A stretch of DNA of 64,000 nucleotides from Octopus bimaculoides (taxonomy: Eukaryota): assembly GCF_001194135.2 (NCBI RefSeq), contig NC_068995.1, forward strand, positions 58,019,777 to 58,083,776, read 5' to 3'. Shown piece after piece: positions 1 through 13,329 of this stretch. A program made the position numbers and the translations under genes. Positions within the stretch are counted from its first letter, which is position 1; every line of letters starts with the position of its first letter. The notes beneath the pieces were generated by a model, which worked only from the letters and a program-made list of their open reading frames with translations, was not told the origin of the DNA and made no database searches.

Positions 1-2390
1 AATTCAGTGCAAGTACAGCTCCCTATAGTAAATAATGGAATAATTTTTGAAATGCCCGACATGATCTGTTTCTCAATGTCTAACATAAAATAATTAGTAA
101 TGTAATTGGTTCTAATTAATTAAACAATCCAGCCATGTTCCTCTTCTTTTGTTATTTGATTCACAAAACTTTCAATATCTTACTTGCATTTATTTTGTTT
201 GGAAATAATGGAAGTAAAAACAGACCACTTTCTGTATCCCTTGCACCGTTCTTAATAATAATGTAGGATTAAAGTTTTTTTGAAAATTAAGGAAATATGT
301 CCTAGCTTTTATATTTCCCCAAAAAGTCAATCATTTCTCAAATCTCAAGAATATGAAGAAAAAGTATATATATCACTAATTTCCATCCCCCTTTAGACAG
401 GATCGGGTTTTATTCCTGGTAACTTTCCCATCCACTGGAGCACTTGAAAGCAAGGAACACACTTACAAAACTGCTTTGTTTACAGCTGAACACTATACTA
501 ACTGTAGCCAATGAAAATGTGTTGAAGGGATTAGTTGACCTAACAACCAAAACTCATGCAAATAGGATACATTAGATGATGTAGTCCCAGGTGCATTATG
601 TCTGAGTAAAAGATGGGATAGTCAGGCAGGAAACTTCTTTGGCCTGGAGCTAAATAATAGCAACTGTATTTCCTAAACAAACATGGCTATGAAAAGAATT
701 CAGAACTAGTGACATAATGTGAACTGTCAGGCACTCTGCAAACTCAACAATTTGCATTCTCTTTTGGTATGGTATCAACCGCTCTCTTGAATTCACTATT
801 TGTAAACTCTTTGAGCATAAATATATAATGTTTCATCTCTGAAACATTATATAAACCACAGAAAAGTATGTATGTTTATGACTCCTAAAATGCAATAGGA
901 CATAAGGCCCAGCACAGATCTTGTTTTCATTTGGTATTTGTTACAATGGCAAGCCAGTGTAGCAGACTTCACTCTTCTCTAAGCTTCTATCTCAGCACTC
1001 CAAAGCAGCAAAACATTTATATGCAATCATATACACTGATGTATCTTCTTAGAGGTACCTATTTACAGTTTGGTGGACTTAGAAAGTACTAAACACAACA
1101 GTTATACACAAGTCATACACAATACACAGCATAACAACAATATAAGAGGAAAAGTTGAGTAAAACTAGAGATATATTTCTTTCAAGAGGTCAAACAAATA
1201 TATGCCGAAACATGAGACACTTTAAACACCATGAAAATAAGATGCTGCAAGGTTAGACTAGTAAATGTTTAACTACAGAAAAGCAACATCTTTAAGACAG
1301 TTCTGAACAAGTACACTTAAAATCCATTAACTAACAATTTTTTTTTTTTTTTTGTCTTTGGTCAGTAAGTATTATTTCTCATTTGCTTCTATCTAGAAAT
1401 CAAATGAAATGACCACTGTTCCTTTCAGACTTTGCTTTTGTCACTTGTTTTGAAACTGACCTATTTCCCATTCCATTTCACACAGATTCAGTGCTGAGTT
1501 GCTGAAGCAGAAATATCATTATAGCAAATATTCTGCTCAATACCACAGATTTGCTTCACGTTCACCACTTGAGCATGTCCCTAACACTATGTGCCTCTCT
1601 AATCACGAGATGTAGTAGTGGGAGAGCATCATAACCATGTGTTGAGAGGGATTCTTTGGGGTTTGAATAAATGTAACAAAAGCGAAGTTTGAAGGAAATA
1701 TTAGCCATTTTTCATAGTTTCTAGGGGGTCAGCAAATAGGAAATAACAGTTGCTACTCAAAGACAAAAATCATGTTACACAGTGCTTTTAACCTTTTATT
1801 TTCATATGAGAATTTTGCTCTCAAGATAGTCTATGAAAATAATTGTGATTAACAAGCCAATTAACTCAGCTTCCGTGATAAAAGGTATCTATCAGTGGCT
1901 TTTAAACAAGCTAACAACTTCCAGAGATGAAGAAAATGGGGACTGCAATCCTTATCTCTGCCTTTCACAGGGACTTTTACAGAGAGTGAATACATTAGTT
2001 ATCACTGGGAATAAAATGCGAGTCACTGATTTGGTTCATCAGGATATATTATGGCTGACAACGCATGATAAACCACCAAAATAAATGACACTTTTTAGCT
2101 AACTGATTTTCTGTGCAACCACTGATCTTGATACTTATCTTTTCTCTGTATAAATCATCATGGTGGTGGGAGAGGTTTTGTGCCTTGCCTATGACATATC
2201 ACAGTACAAGTAACAAGATATAATCTAACTACACTCCACATGGATGAGATATCAACACCTTAATCACTCAGCAATTTTCTCTTTTTCCTTCGTGACATTC
2301 ACTTAAGACTTATCAACACATCATAGGACAATATAGCACACATATATGCATAACTACCTGCATGTTGAGCAAACAAGAAAGATTCCAGAT

Positions 2391-2537
2391 CAGGCATGGG
2401 CAGCCTTTTTCAAGAAGCAAGCCACATGAGACACAGCTTATTGTCAGGTAGGCCACACAACTAAAAGAGAATGCCGAGACATTTTTCATTGATGTGCCAT
2501 TCAGAAAGTCTTGAAGGCTGCAGTTTGCTCATGACTG
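2391..2537. mobile_element. Old hAT (Charlie/Buster-like) MITE, 147 bp
   Basis: Left end caggcatgggcagcct matches the reverse complement of the right end, cagtcatgagcaaact (about 12/16). The 8-bp flanks ttccagat and ttctacat match 6/8. Confidence 0.6.
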
Positions 2538-3419
2538 TTCTACATGGTTACCCAATTTGTTAGAAATAGCAGCCAAACCTACCTCAAATTCTAATTTACT
2601 GTTAGATAATATAGTTCCAGATAAAATAATGCATAAGAAAAAGATGGGAACCTTGTGGCTAGCATACCATTATAACCGGTCTGCTAGATCAGAGCAAAGC
2701 AACAACTGCCACCCATGAACAAGATACAACTAATTCCCCTGGTTATGTCTTCAAATGTTGATTATATTCATCATTCATTTAATAAGCTTCATACTGTAAA
2801 TTCAGCTTGTGAAAAGTTGATTGAGATTCATCATCATCTTATATATATTAACAAAATAAATAAATAAAAACCTACTTTACTACTAGAGTTTGACAGACCT
2901 TTTAAAGATTGCTCCAATCAAGTATTGATTCTAAATATTGTGCAAATATTTTATTCATGCCTGTGTGTGAAAATATGTATGTAGATTATGTGAATATTAA
3001 ATATTTTTACAGGTCATCCCATAAGTTCTGTCTGATTTTACCTTCTTTAAAATTGAATGAAATTTAATAGTATTTTAGAATGTCTAATGAAATTAAAAAC
3101 TATTTTTATGCATTTGTGTACATTTAGACTAATTAAATATTATTTTATAGAATAATAAAATTAAAATTTCTTTGATTAAAACCCTTTCTAAAATGCTAAA
3201 GAGCATTTAAGGCACAAAATGCTTTATGAGTACAAAAAAAGGAAACTTTGCAGCCAAAGCGACTTGAAACACACTCAGTTTATAGGAAAGAATGCTTAAA
3301 TGAAAGACACAGTTCAAAGATTACACATCATATAATATTATCAAGTGGCAAATAAATGTGCATATGTCATATTTGTTAGGTGCACATTATCGTGTAACAC
3401 TATAAACTATAAATATCAG

Positions 3420-3420
<1 letters not shown>

Positions 3421-3490
<70 letters not shown>

Positions 3491-3501
3491 TGTGTGTGTG
3501 T
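3421..3501. repeat. Compound (TG)n(AG)n microsatellite
   Basis: Read directly. Similar compound runs occur near 18890-18950 and 28530-28622. Confidence 0.95.
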
Positions 3502-3800
3502 ATTTGAAAAAGATTTCCTTAAAATTAAAATTGATCAATTATAGATATAAAAACTTAAAATTCACTGACCTGATGGAAGTTTTTGTGTAAGTGCTTTTTG
3601 CTGTTTTCAAATTTTCAAACACTTATCATGTTACAAGGTCATCTAAATGAGACTCGTGTATAACTAGGGCTAAGTATCTGGTATTGGTTGGGTTCATAAA
3701 GAACTCAGTGATCAAATATTTTGGTCTTTTTTTTTTCACCTTCAGCAGGAGATCTGGACTCTTTTTGAATTTGTTTACGATTAATGAAAAATTAGGGTTA

Positions 3801-4050
3801 GTGCTAAGATATATTCTAGATCTGCTAAGATATAATCTAGTGCTAAGATATATTCTAGATCTGCTAAGATATAATCTACNNNNNNNNNNTCTAGTGCTAA
3901 GATATATTCTAAATCTGCTAAGATATAATCTAGTGCTAAGATATATTCTAGATCTGCTAAGATATAATCTAGTGCTAAGATATATTCTAGATCTGCTAAG
4001 ATATAATCTACTGCTAAGATATATTCTAGATCTGCTAAGATATATAATCT
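3801..4050. repeat. 39-bp minisatellite, 6 visible copies interrupted by a 10-N gap
   Basis: Unit gtgctaagatatattctagatctgctaagatataatcta, built from two related subunits of 21 and 18 bp. It explains the repetitive ORFs 3684..4052 (+) and 3781..4062 (-). Confidence 0.95.
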
Positions 4051-4539
4051 AAGATGAAACAAAATATTGAAAGTGATTATGATATTTTCTAAGAAATATT
4101 CTAAATGTATTCTATTTTAGGAACAAATGTGTACAGTTTATACTGGTTTCTAACTCTATAAACAGTCCATATACAGTTGACCATGAGAAAATAGGTATCT
4201 GAATGATCAAACTGAATATTTTGAAAGACTAATTTTGACATTTCAAACCAGATATAACAAAACCTGACAACAAACAATGAAAAGGAAAAATTTGCTGGGA
4301 GGGCTACTCTATCCATACTTGTTTGAAAACAAACACTCTGTCACATTAACTATGAACGCACTGAGTTAAAAAGAAAATGTAAAAAAAAAAAAAAAAAGAA
4401 AGTATTTAAAATAAAATGCAAGGAAATTTATACATATGTCAAATTTAGAAAAAAATAAATCAAATTGATAGTTCAGAAAAATATATTATTGCAAACTACA
4501 ACTGAAAAACATAAATTTTAAAAAGTATACTAAAACCAA

Positions 4540-4574
<35 letters not shown>

Positions 4575-6572
4575 CATAGATCATATCACATTTATATATA
4601 TTTTATAAAGATCACATCACACTAATTTTGAACAGGTTTATTTTGAAAAATACAAAGTAAAAAGAACTACAGAAAGAAATGCCATCACAGTATCTATAAA
4701 TAAATAAGATGATAGAAAAATCTGTTTAGATGTGCAAATTAATAATCTAAATTGATTTATATGCTATTAAAAAACTACAGAATGAATTATATTAATTAAA
4801 TATGGTATAGCTTTACCAAATGATTTACTTGACATCTTGATTCAGCTAGAACATATTTGTGTATACAAAACCCCAGCTCCACATTTCAGTGAAGGAACCT
4901 GTAAGTGATCATTTGATCAACTAGAAATAGTAGCCAAATTTTCCTCAAATTACACCTTACCATCTTAAAAATGGAAGTACAGATTAGATATTATAAAAAG
5001 ACAAGACGGTCTTGATGGGAACATCTTTGATTATAGGAAGGTGAACCAGAGCTGACTGGGCTGAACCACAACATGCCTCAATTTCTGAACTATATAATGT
5101 TTGAAATTATTTAATTAAAAAAAAGCAACAAAAAAAAAGCATAAGAATATTTGATAATGCACACAAACATCTATATTCTTTTATTTTATTACTAGTTTCA
5201 ATCACTGGATTGAGGTCATGCTGGTGAGACTAGCTTCAAAAATTTAATCAATAAATTCCAGTACTTATTTATTAGTCTGGTACTTTTGTAAAAATTAACT
5301 CACTTGTTGATTTGATAAGTTATGACACATAAAAAGACACAACATGACAAAAAAAACAAAAAGCCCCTGATTTAAAGGCACACACATACAGAATATTGGA
5401 GTCTGAAGCTTCACCAATCCCAGATGAGTCTGTTGCATGTGCATACTTGAGGGTCAAACTTGGAGTGGAAATCATGGAAGTTTCAACTTCCATATAATAT
5501 ACACTTCTATACTGAGTTCGTTTATACAATTGAATGCATTAAATCCTCAATTATATATTTATTAGTGGGACCTGTGGAAATTTCAAGGAATGGAAAAAAA
5601 ATTCAGAGGACCCATTTAAGAAAGAAAGCATGATTTGCATTTTTATAGCATTCATAGTTTAGCTTCTTTAACGTTCAACATTTCCTCATGTCTCCGTCGG
5701 TCTTTTTCCTCTTTTTATTGTATCTTTTCTCACTGTTCCTCTCTGATCCATGTTCTATATCTGTGCATCCTTTCTCGGGCAGCTTGCAACCGTGTTTCTT
5801 GTAAACCCAAAGTTTAGGCTAAATTAACCCTTATAAACAAATAACAATTTTTTTAAGCAAGCACTGATAAATAATTGCACTTAGGCATTAAGTGATGGTC
5901 ACTATAAAAAAAAGAATTAGTTCAACGAAAAAAAAAAAAACTTTTCACTATCAACACCACCACCACTATCTGCCTCTCTCATACATATATATATATATAT
6001 ATANNNNNNNNNNNNNNNNNNNNNNNNNNNNNNNNNNNNNNNNNNNNNNNNNNNNNNNNNNNNNNNNNNNNNNNNNNNNNNNNNNNNNNNNNNNNNNNNN
6101 NNNNNNNNNNNNNNNNNNNNNNNNNNNNNNNNNNNNNNNNNNNNNNNNNNNNNNNNNNNNNNNNNNNNNNNNNNNNNNNNNNNNNNNNNNNNNNNNNNNN
6201 NNNNNNNNNNNNNNNNNNNNNNNNNNNNNNNNNNNNNNNNNNNNNNNNNNNNNNNNNNNNNNNNNNNNNNNNNNNNNNNNNNNNNNNNNNNNNNNNNNNN
6301 NNNNNNNNNNNNNNNNNNNNNNNNNNNNNNNNNNNNNNNNNNNNNNNNNNNNNNNNNNNNNNNNNNNNNNNNNNNNNNNNNNNNNNNNNNNNNNNNNNNN
6401 NNNNNNNNNNNNNNNNNNNNNNNNNNNNNNNNNNNNNNNNNNNNNNNNNNNNNNNNNNNNNNNNNNNNNNNNNNNNNNNNNNNNNNNNNNNNNNNNNNNN
6501 NNNNNNNNNNNNNNNNNNNNNNNNNNNNNNNNNNNNNNNNNNNNNNNNNNNNNNNNNNNNNNNNNNNNNNNN

Positions 6573-6616
<44 letters not shown>

Positions 6617-8789
6617 TTCAGCTAATTTTTTAACCATGTAATAAGTATTCCTTCCCCCACCCCACTGCACATCGTTAACACTTCTCTCTCCCTCTTTTTC
6701 TCTCATTCTTCACCTCTATTTTCAGCCGACCACGTGACGCATTTGGCCTAAGCGTATTACTATTAATCACTTTTCTACTTCTTCCTCTCTTCTTTCTTCA
6801 CCCCCCTCTCTCTGTCATTCTTACTCCACCTCCACCTCCCTAACTAATGTATAATGGGTGAACAAGCAAGCAGATTATTATATAGATATGCAGTCAGGTT
6901 AGAAGCAGAGAAGGAATTTCAATCCTAGCTATTTAACCCCATACAGTTGTGAAAAGGGAATACATATATACATTGCTTTTGTGAAGATTACAGTAGCAGA
7001 GGAAGCTTTATAAAATTCAAATGACTGGAATATCTATTGAAGATCTTGCTGAAGAACACTTAGCACCTTGTTGTGTCACTCTAGAATGTTGCTACATATC
7101 AACTAAAAAACATAGCTTTAGCTACTCATATAAAATAACTGAATGTGGCAGAAGAGGACAAAACACTGGACATTCACCAAAACTATTTATAACTGATACA
7201 GGCCTCCTCACTTCAATTACATATCAGCAATGAAAACAAAATTCTTCAGGGAATGTTACCAGCACCTATTATTTTTCTTAATGCTACAATGAAGCACCAG
7301 TTTTATGTGATCCAGCAGTTTTTCAGAACAATGTGATGAAGTACGAAAACTTTGTATGTATGTTTGTTTTAAACTACTTGTTTAAGAAAATTAAAGGTGT
7401 CCACTAAACAGGAAATAATGGGTAACAGGAAATAATGGGCAACACTAAGAAGACTGTAAAAGATTATTTGCAGAAATAATTGAAGTCAAAGAAGAATGGA
7501 AAGAAGCAAATTTCTTCGGCAAAGGTATTTAAGTGGATACAATGTTAAAAGATCATTTTTTAAATGAATCAATAAAAGAAGACTTTAGTTTGCCATTATC
7601 AAAACATACTTTATATAATGAATTGCTAACAGCAGTGTAGGAGATAAACAGAATAGAGAGAGAAAAGAAAAGTATATCATATCATAAGTGTTTATAACCT
7701 TTGAACTTTAATTCTGCCCACCTTCTTCAACTGGACTATGGGAATAGGACAACTAATGGCAACAAACTGAGAAAAGAATACTCATGCTTCATAAATAAGA
7801 GACAAAGATCAGACTTTTAAACAAAGAAATATCAGAGAGCAGCAATTCCTTCAATTATTAAACTTGACTTCAAAAACACATTTGGCAGTATGCATAACAG
7901 CCCGCACCAATGCTAGGCTTATATAAGGTATCTGTCAAAAATAAGGAAATTCTATGAGAAATTCAAGTGATTCCAAAATGACCAACTTCAATATGAAGTT
8001 TACCAAGATGTATCATCTCACTAACCTTCATCTTCACAATAGACTGATATACTTTGGAGTATCCTCTTTCTCCAGCAAACAGTCCTACATTTAGTAAATT
8101 ACTAACTTAACCAGGATTCCTTTAGCAACAACATGTGCAAGTATAACAAGCTTAATGCAACATTCTGATAAACCAGGTTTAACCAATATATCTATATGAC
8201 AAGTTATGTCAAAGACCATCAACTTCACTTTTCCCAATGCTGTGAATGAGTAAACCCACTAGAAGTTAATGGCTTCTCATATCTTTAGAAGCTTGATAAA
8301 TAAAGGTAATGCAGCTCAGTCAAGTGAAACAAAATATGTGTGAGGCCAAACGTTAGAGACTGAAGATCAATATCAAATTCTTTAACAGCAACATTAACGA
8401 TAAAAACAAGTTGTTTTATAATCACTGTCTGTTGGAAATCTGTGTGATTTACTGGTTCAGCAAGATTTTAAGCAAGTAGTTCTAAAAGAAATCTGGTTAC
8501 ACTTGAAATAAAACAAGAATTTGCTGGTTAGAGTATGTAATCAGAATGACATTGGCCAAAGTCTTTGAAATCGCTTGATATTGTGAAAATAGAAATACAT
8601 TCAGAAAAGATATGTACCTTAAGATAACATAAAGCAGTAGAGTAAAAGCTAAGTTGAAATGGAAATAAAATGGTATAAAAATTAACACACCACCAAAACA
8701 GAAAGAAATTAACACTACTCCCACCTTCTCATCTGAAATGCAAATAGCTGTGTAGCAAGTGACTGTTCTGCTCCGCCCACTTTCTCTTG

Positions 8790-10330
8790 TACTTTACTCC
8801 TTTCTTTATTCTCCCAGCAGAAAGTCCTCTCCCCTCACCTAACTGAACTTTGTACTCTTGCAAGACTTTTCATACTTCAGCATTTCCAGATTAACTTCAC
8901 CAAAACATACTTTTGCTCCTCACCTAAGTATTTAGCATAGAAACGCAGTTTCTTACAAGAAACTGTTGCTAGGGAGTTAAAAAATGGAAACTGCTACTTA
9001 TACCAAATCTAAGAATATTAGTGACCTTAGTGAAGTGAAATGAATCTATGATACTTGCAATTTATTTTTCATTAATTAACTAGTCAGGGACTTTGCAGAA
9101 TCTAACAAACTAATGTTTAGTTTGAGTGCTAGTAGACTGATGTCTGAAGGAAAAGCATAAAATATGGGGGTGTGGTAATTTCACACGGTTGATGTTCTAG
9201 CAAGGTGTGGACAAACCGTTTGGTGTAGATCTAGCAGGATGATACACATAGCAATGACAAAAGAAAGACTAACTAGAATGTGAAGGGAGTTTGAGTGAAG
9301 TGGGTATCTAGTCAGTTAATATAGATGGGGAGAACTGTTGTAATAGCAATAGATGAGATAAAGAGAGACAAAACCACATATCAGTGATTTGATGTTTGTT
9401 ACATTTGGAAATAGATCTTATAAATCTGATGAATGGCATTATTTTGGATATTTAACTAGGTAGCCATGTTTCTGCTAGACTGTTTTAGAAATGTATATTC
9501 AAAGATGCACTGTAGTTGACTTAGTAAAATAAAAGGCTAAGATGTGATGGGTGGGATCATTTTAGCAGGTGTAAAAGTTTGATAGAATAGAAACAATGAA
9601 ACCTTGTGGCAAACCAGAATTAAAATGCCAGAAAGAGCTGATGTGAAGAGTAACTGCCTCTTTTGAAGGTCTCAAGGGGCAAAGGAGTGAGGTGGACATG
9701 TTAGACATTGATGTGTGGCGCAAAGAGAGCAAATCTCTAATAGGTATTCAACAGAAATCCTGCTGGCAGTCATTAAGTAGAGAGAAAGGTGGTGGCTTGA
9801 GATTTTCTCCAACACTATTGAGACTATGGAAGAAACAGCAATAAGTTAGTTGGTAGACTTAGAACAGCTGCACTTTTTGAGGAGGAAATATATTGTAGCA
9901 TATTTCCACTGACTGGGGAAAATCTTTATAGAGAAATAATGAAGAATTAGGCAAGGATAGAAGACTAAGTTTGATTGTGCTATTTCAGAGGGATTGAAGA
10001 GGAGCTATCAATATATTGCCTCCGTGACTGATAGTATAATCAGAGAAATGTCCATATTTGGTGACTGCCTGAATGTAGTGGTAAGACTTGAGGAGTGAAA
10101 GAGAGTTTAAGAGCTGCAAGAGGTAGGAGTGGAAGCAAAACAAGCAACACATGAAACAGTTTTATCAGTAACTAATTATGAATAGGAGGTAACCAGGTGC
10201 TGCTGATGGTGACTTCCCTTCGGATGTTATAAGGCACTAAACTTTACTTGTATTATTTTAGTGCAGCTTAAAGATTAAATTGATGTTTCAACTCTGCTGA
10301 GCACAGAGATATCCTTTAATGACAAAGTAA
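8790..10330 (-). mobile_element. Heavily degraded CR1/Jockey-group LINE relic (endonuclease-to-RT region)
   Basis: Minus-strand fragments resemble PSNYRPISLL (ccttcagacatcagtctacta), QYGFR and linker motifs. There are many stops and frameshifts. Confidence 0.4.
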
Positions 10331-10351
10331 CGCCATTGATATTCTTTTATT

Positions 10352-10560
10352 TGTTTCAGTCCTTTGACTGTGGCCAAACTTCAGCACTACCTTTAGTCAA
10401 ACAAATTGACCCCGGGACTTATACTCTGTAAGCCTAGTACTAATACTATCGGTCTCTTTTGCCAAACTGCTAAGTTACAGGGATGTAAACACACCAACAT
10501 CAATGTCAAGCAATGATGGGGGGACACAAATGCATACATAAGTATATATATATATATATA
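10352..10560 (-). mobile_element. 3' half of a tRNA-derived SINE, split by an RTE insertion
   Basis: Same sequence order as the unsplit copies at 16935-17275 (+), 39310-39610 (-) and 42770-43100 (-). It ends in the (AT)n run. Confidence 0.75.
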
Positions 10561-10564
10561 TATA

Positions 10565-11542
10565 ATCCTACCCCTTCAGGTAGATGGCCCTGCTCAGTAT
10601 GTAGAAAAGGAGTAGGTAGTAACTCTATAAGATGTACCCGGTGCAAGCTATGGACACATAAGAGGTGCAGCAACATCAAAGGCAGGTTAACTAGCAAGTT
10701 AGTTTTTGTTTGTGGCAGATGTTCAGGTGCAATAAAGACTGTAAACAAACAGGAAACAACTTCTATCTCATTCCAGGGTGAAAAACTAGAGGTAGTCGAT
10801 AGCTTCCGCTATCTGGGCGACCAAGTTAGTAGTGGGGGTGGGTGCGCTGAAAGTGTAGCTGCTAGAATAAGAATAGCCTGGGCAAAGTTTAGAGNNNNNN
10901 NNNNNNNNNNNNNNNNNNNNNNNNNNNNNNNNNNNNNNNNNNNNNNNNNNNNNNNNNNNNNNNNNNNNNNNNNNNNNNNNNNNNNNNNNNNNNNNNNNNN
11001 NNNNNNNNNNNNNNNNNNNNNNNNNNNNNNNNNNNNNNNNNNNNNNNNNNNNNNNNNNNNNNNNNNNNNNNNNNNNNNNNNNNNNNNNNNNNNNNNNNNN
11101 NNNNNNNNNNNNNNNNNNNNNNNNNNNNNNNNNNNNNNNNNNNNNNNNNNNNNNNNNNNNNNNNNNNNNNNNNNNNNNNNNNNNNNNNNNNNNNNNNNNN
11201 NNNNNNNNNNNNNNNNNNNNNNNNNNNNNNNNNNNNNNNNNNNNNNNNNNNNNNNNNNNNNNNNNNNNNNNNNNNNNNNNNNNNNNNNNNNNNNNNNNNN
11301 NNNNNNNNGTGGCACATAAAAGACACCATTTTGAGCGTGGCCGTTTTCGTGCGGGTGACACATAAAAGCACCCACTACACTCTCTGAGTGGTTGGCGTTA
11401 GGAAGGGCATCCAGCTGTAGAAACTCTGCCAAATTAGATTGGAGCCTGGTGTTGCCATCCGGTTTCACCAGTCCTCAGTCAAATCGTCCAACCCATGCTA
11501 GCATGGAAAGCGGACGTTAAACGATGATGATGATGATGATGA
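10565..11542 (+). mobile_element. 5'-truncated RTE-clade LINE: PHD finger, RT C-terminal part, (gap), 3' UTR, (GAT)n tail
   Basis: ORF reads WPCSVCRKGVGSNSIRCTRCKLWTHKRC...CGRC...LEVVDSFRYLGD...ARIRIAWAKFR. The tail catgctagcatggaaagcggacgttaaacgatgatgat is shared with other copies in the window. Confidence 0.88.
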
Positions 11543-11544
11543 AT

Positions 11545-11702
11545 GATATATACAATGGGCTTCTTTCAGTTTCCATCTACTAAATCCGCTCACAAGGTTT
11601 TGGTCGGCCAAGGCTATAGTAGAAGACACTTGCCCAAGGTGCCATGCAGTAGGACTGAACCCAGAACCATGTGGTTGGGAAGCAAGCTTCTTACTACAGC
11701 CA
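11545..11702 (-). mobile_element. 5' half (tRNA-like head) of the SINE split by the RTE at 10565-11542
   Basis: The reverse complement reads ggctgtagtaagaagcttgcttcccaaccacatggttctgggttcagtcc...ggcaccttgggcaagtgtcttctactatagcc, matching other head copies. Confidence 0.8.
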
Positions 11703-13329
11703 GGATTTATAAAATAAATAATTATGAAATGAAGTATAATTGCTGAGCCTTGAAAGTTTAAAGAGCTTGAGTTTGGAGTTTGGGAGTTATGAATCCAAAT
11801 TCTGTCAAAGACTGAATCCGTGACCACTAATTGGAAAGGAGTCACATGACAGAGGTAATTTCCACTGTTAAAATAAGCGTAGAACATCTAAGTGTAAAAT
11901 GCAAACAAATATGCACATTTCATCAAATCCATATCATTACATCAACAGGAGTATGCATCAATATGCATACTTTATCAGTTAATACTGGAGCATTGGGAAA
12001 ACTTAAGTTTATAAAAATAAGTTCATTTAACAATAAAATAATAAAGTTTACTATAGCTACAAGCAGTTATTTTGAAATGTGTTAAATTAACTGTGATTAT
12101 TCTACATTTGTGCATTCAGATTTGATTACAAATTGACACTTCTCTGCGTGTAACATGAATTCATTGCTTCTGGTTGTTCCCAAGTGAATACAATTTAAAC
12201 AGCTGTTTTAGATCATCAAATTAAACCCTGTTATTATCAACAAAATATCCATACAGACAGAAAAAAGTCTTTTTCTTCTTTTTTTACAAATCACAGATAA
12301 GTAACATACTACCTACTTGAACCAATAAATTTGACTAGGATTTCACTGATTTTTTCCACTTGCTTTTTTAATTGTTGATTTATAAACTAAGTCTTTAAAT
12401 TAAAGGTAAAATGTTTGTTTAAAAAAAGTTTCCCTAACAGTTTATGGTTTTTTTGTTGTTGTTGTTTTTTTTTTTTTTGCTTTCTTGTCATACATTCAGT
12501 ATTTATAGCCCATTAANNNNNNNNNNNNNNNNNNNNNNNNNNNNNNNNNNNNNNNNNNNNNNNNNNNNNNNNNNNNNNNNNNNNNNNNNNNNNNNNNNNN
12601 NNNNNNNNNNNAAAATGTTTGTTTAAAAAAAGTTTCCCTAACAGTTTATGGTTTTTTTGTTGTTGTTGTTTTTTTTTTTTTTGCTTTCTTGTCATACATT
12701 CAGTATTTATAGCCCATTAATATCATGAGAATTTGATTTTCAGAAGCACCTCTCTTACACTGTTCATGGAACAAGGTATGAATGTTACATCTCATATTCT
12801 CATTCACGGCTGAATGAGTTACATAAATTACTATTGTAGATTTCACCTCCACTTCACATATAAGGTTAGCTGGTTGCTAGAACCCTGGCCTCCTAGCCCA
12901 CAAACAGAATCCAAGGACCTCTTCAGCATAACTTTTGAACAATGGTTTTCATGTATTTCCTAGCACAGGATGCAAGAAAGAAGCTAAAATCACTTTGCAG
13001 ATTTAAAGTAGTAGTTATGATGGCATGAAAGCCAAATATTTCATTATTTTTCTACATTCTGACATTATTACCATCATCATCATCATCATCCTCCTTGTTT
13101 CATGTTAAACATTTCAACCCTGCTTTTGCCAAAACTTTTGTCTAAGAAATCAGTTCATTTCCGAGATTGTTCATTTGTGAAGGTCTTATTGTGTGTGTGT
13201 ATGCGCACGCGTGTGTGTGTGTGCATGCATGCGTGTGTTTTTTATAACGCCTAGAAGAAGGTGCTTCTTTTCCACACACCAAAGTGAATGGTACTGCAGT
13301 CAGGAAGAACTGATGTCATCAGATGGTAC

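Noticed and set aside
3684-4062. Repetitive ORFs on both strands (LVLRYILDLLRYN / YILADLEYILALD)
   Set aside because: They arise because the 39-bp unit is a multiple of 3 and lacks stops in those frames; there is no other coding evidence.
5892-6706. Long ORFs spanning gaps (also 10786-11468, 29402-29818, 52961-53868, 58827-59417)
   Set aside because: Their length comes from N runs and microsatellites.
7240-8700. Protein-like fragments suggesting an old transposase or other element
   Set aside because: No diagnostic motif could be assigned. The same applies to 23270-23950, 34860-35100 (weak Harbinger-like hint) and 41700-42350.
11460-11480. CTGAGGA...GAAA on the minus strand of the RTE tail
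   Set aside because: No stem II, and the motif is not conserved in the copy near 29800.
11640-11702. tRNA-like sequences
   Set aside because: They are SINE heads and form no complete cloverleaf. I saw no tRNA, rRNA or CRISPR array in the window.
12409-12720. About 110-bp direct duplication on both sides of the N-gap
   Set aside because: Near-identical copies flanking a gap are typical of an unmerged contig overlap, so this is probably an assembly artefact.
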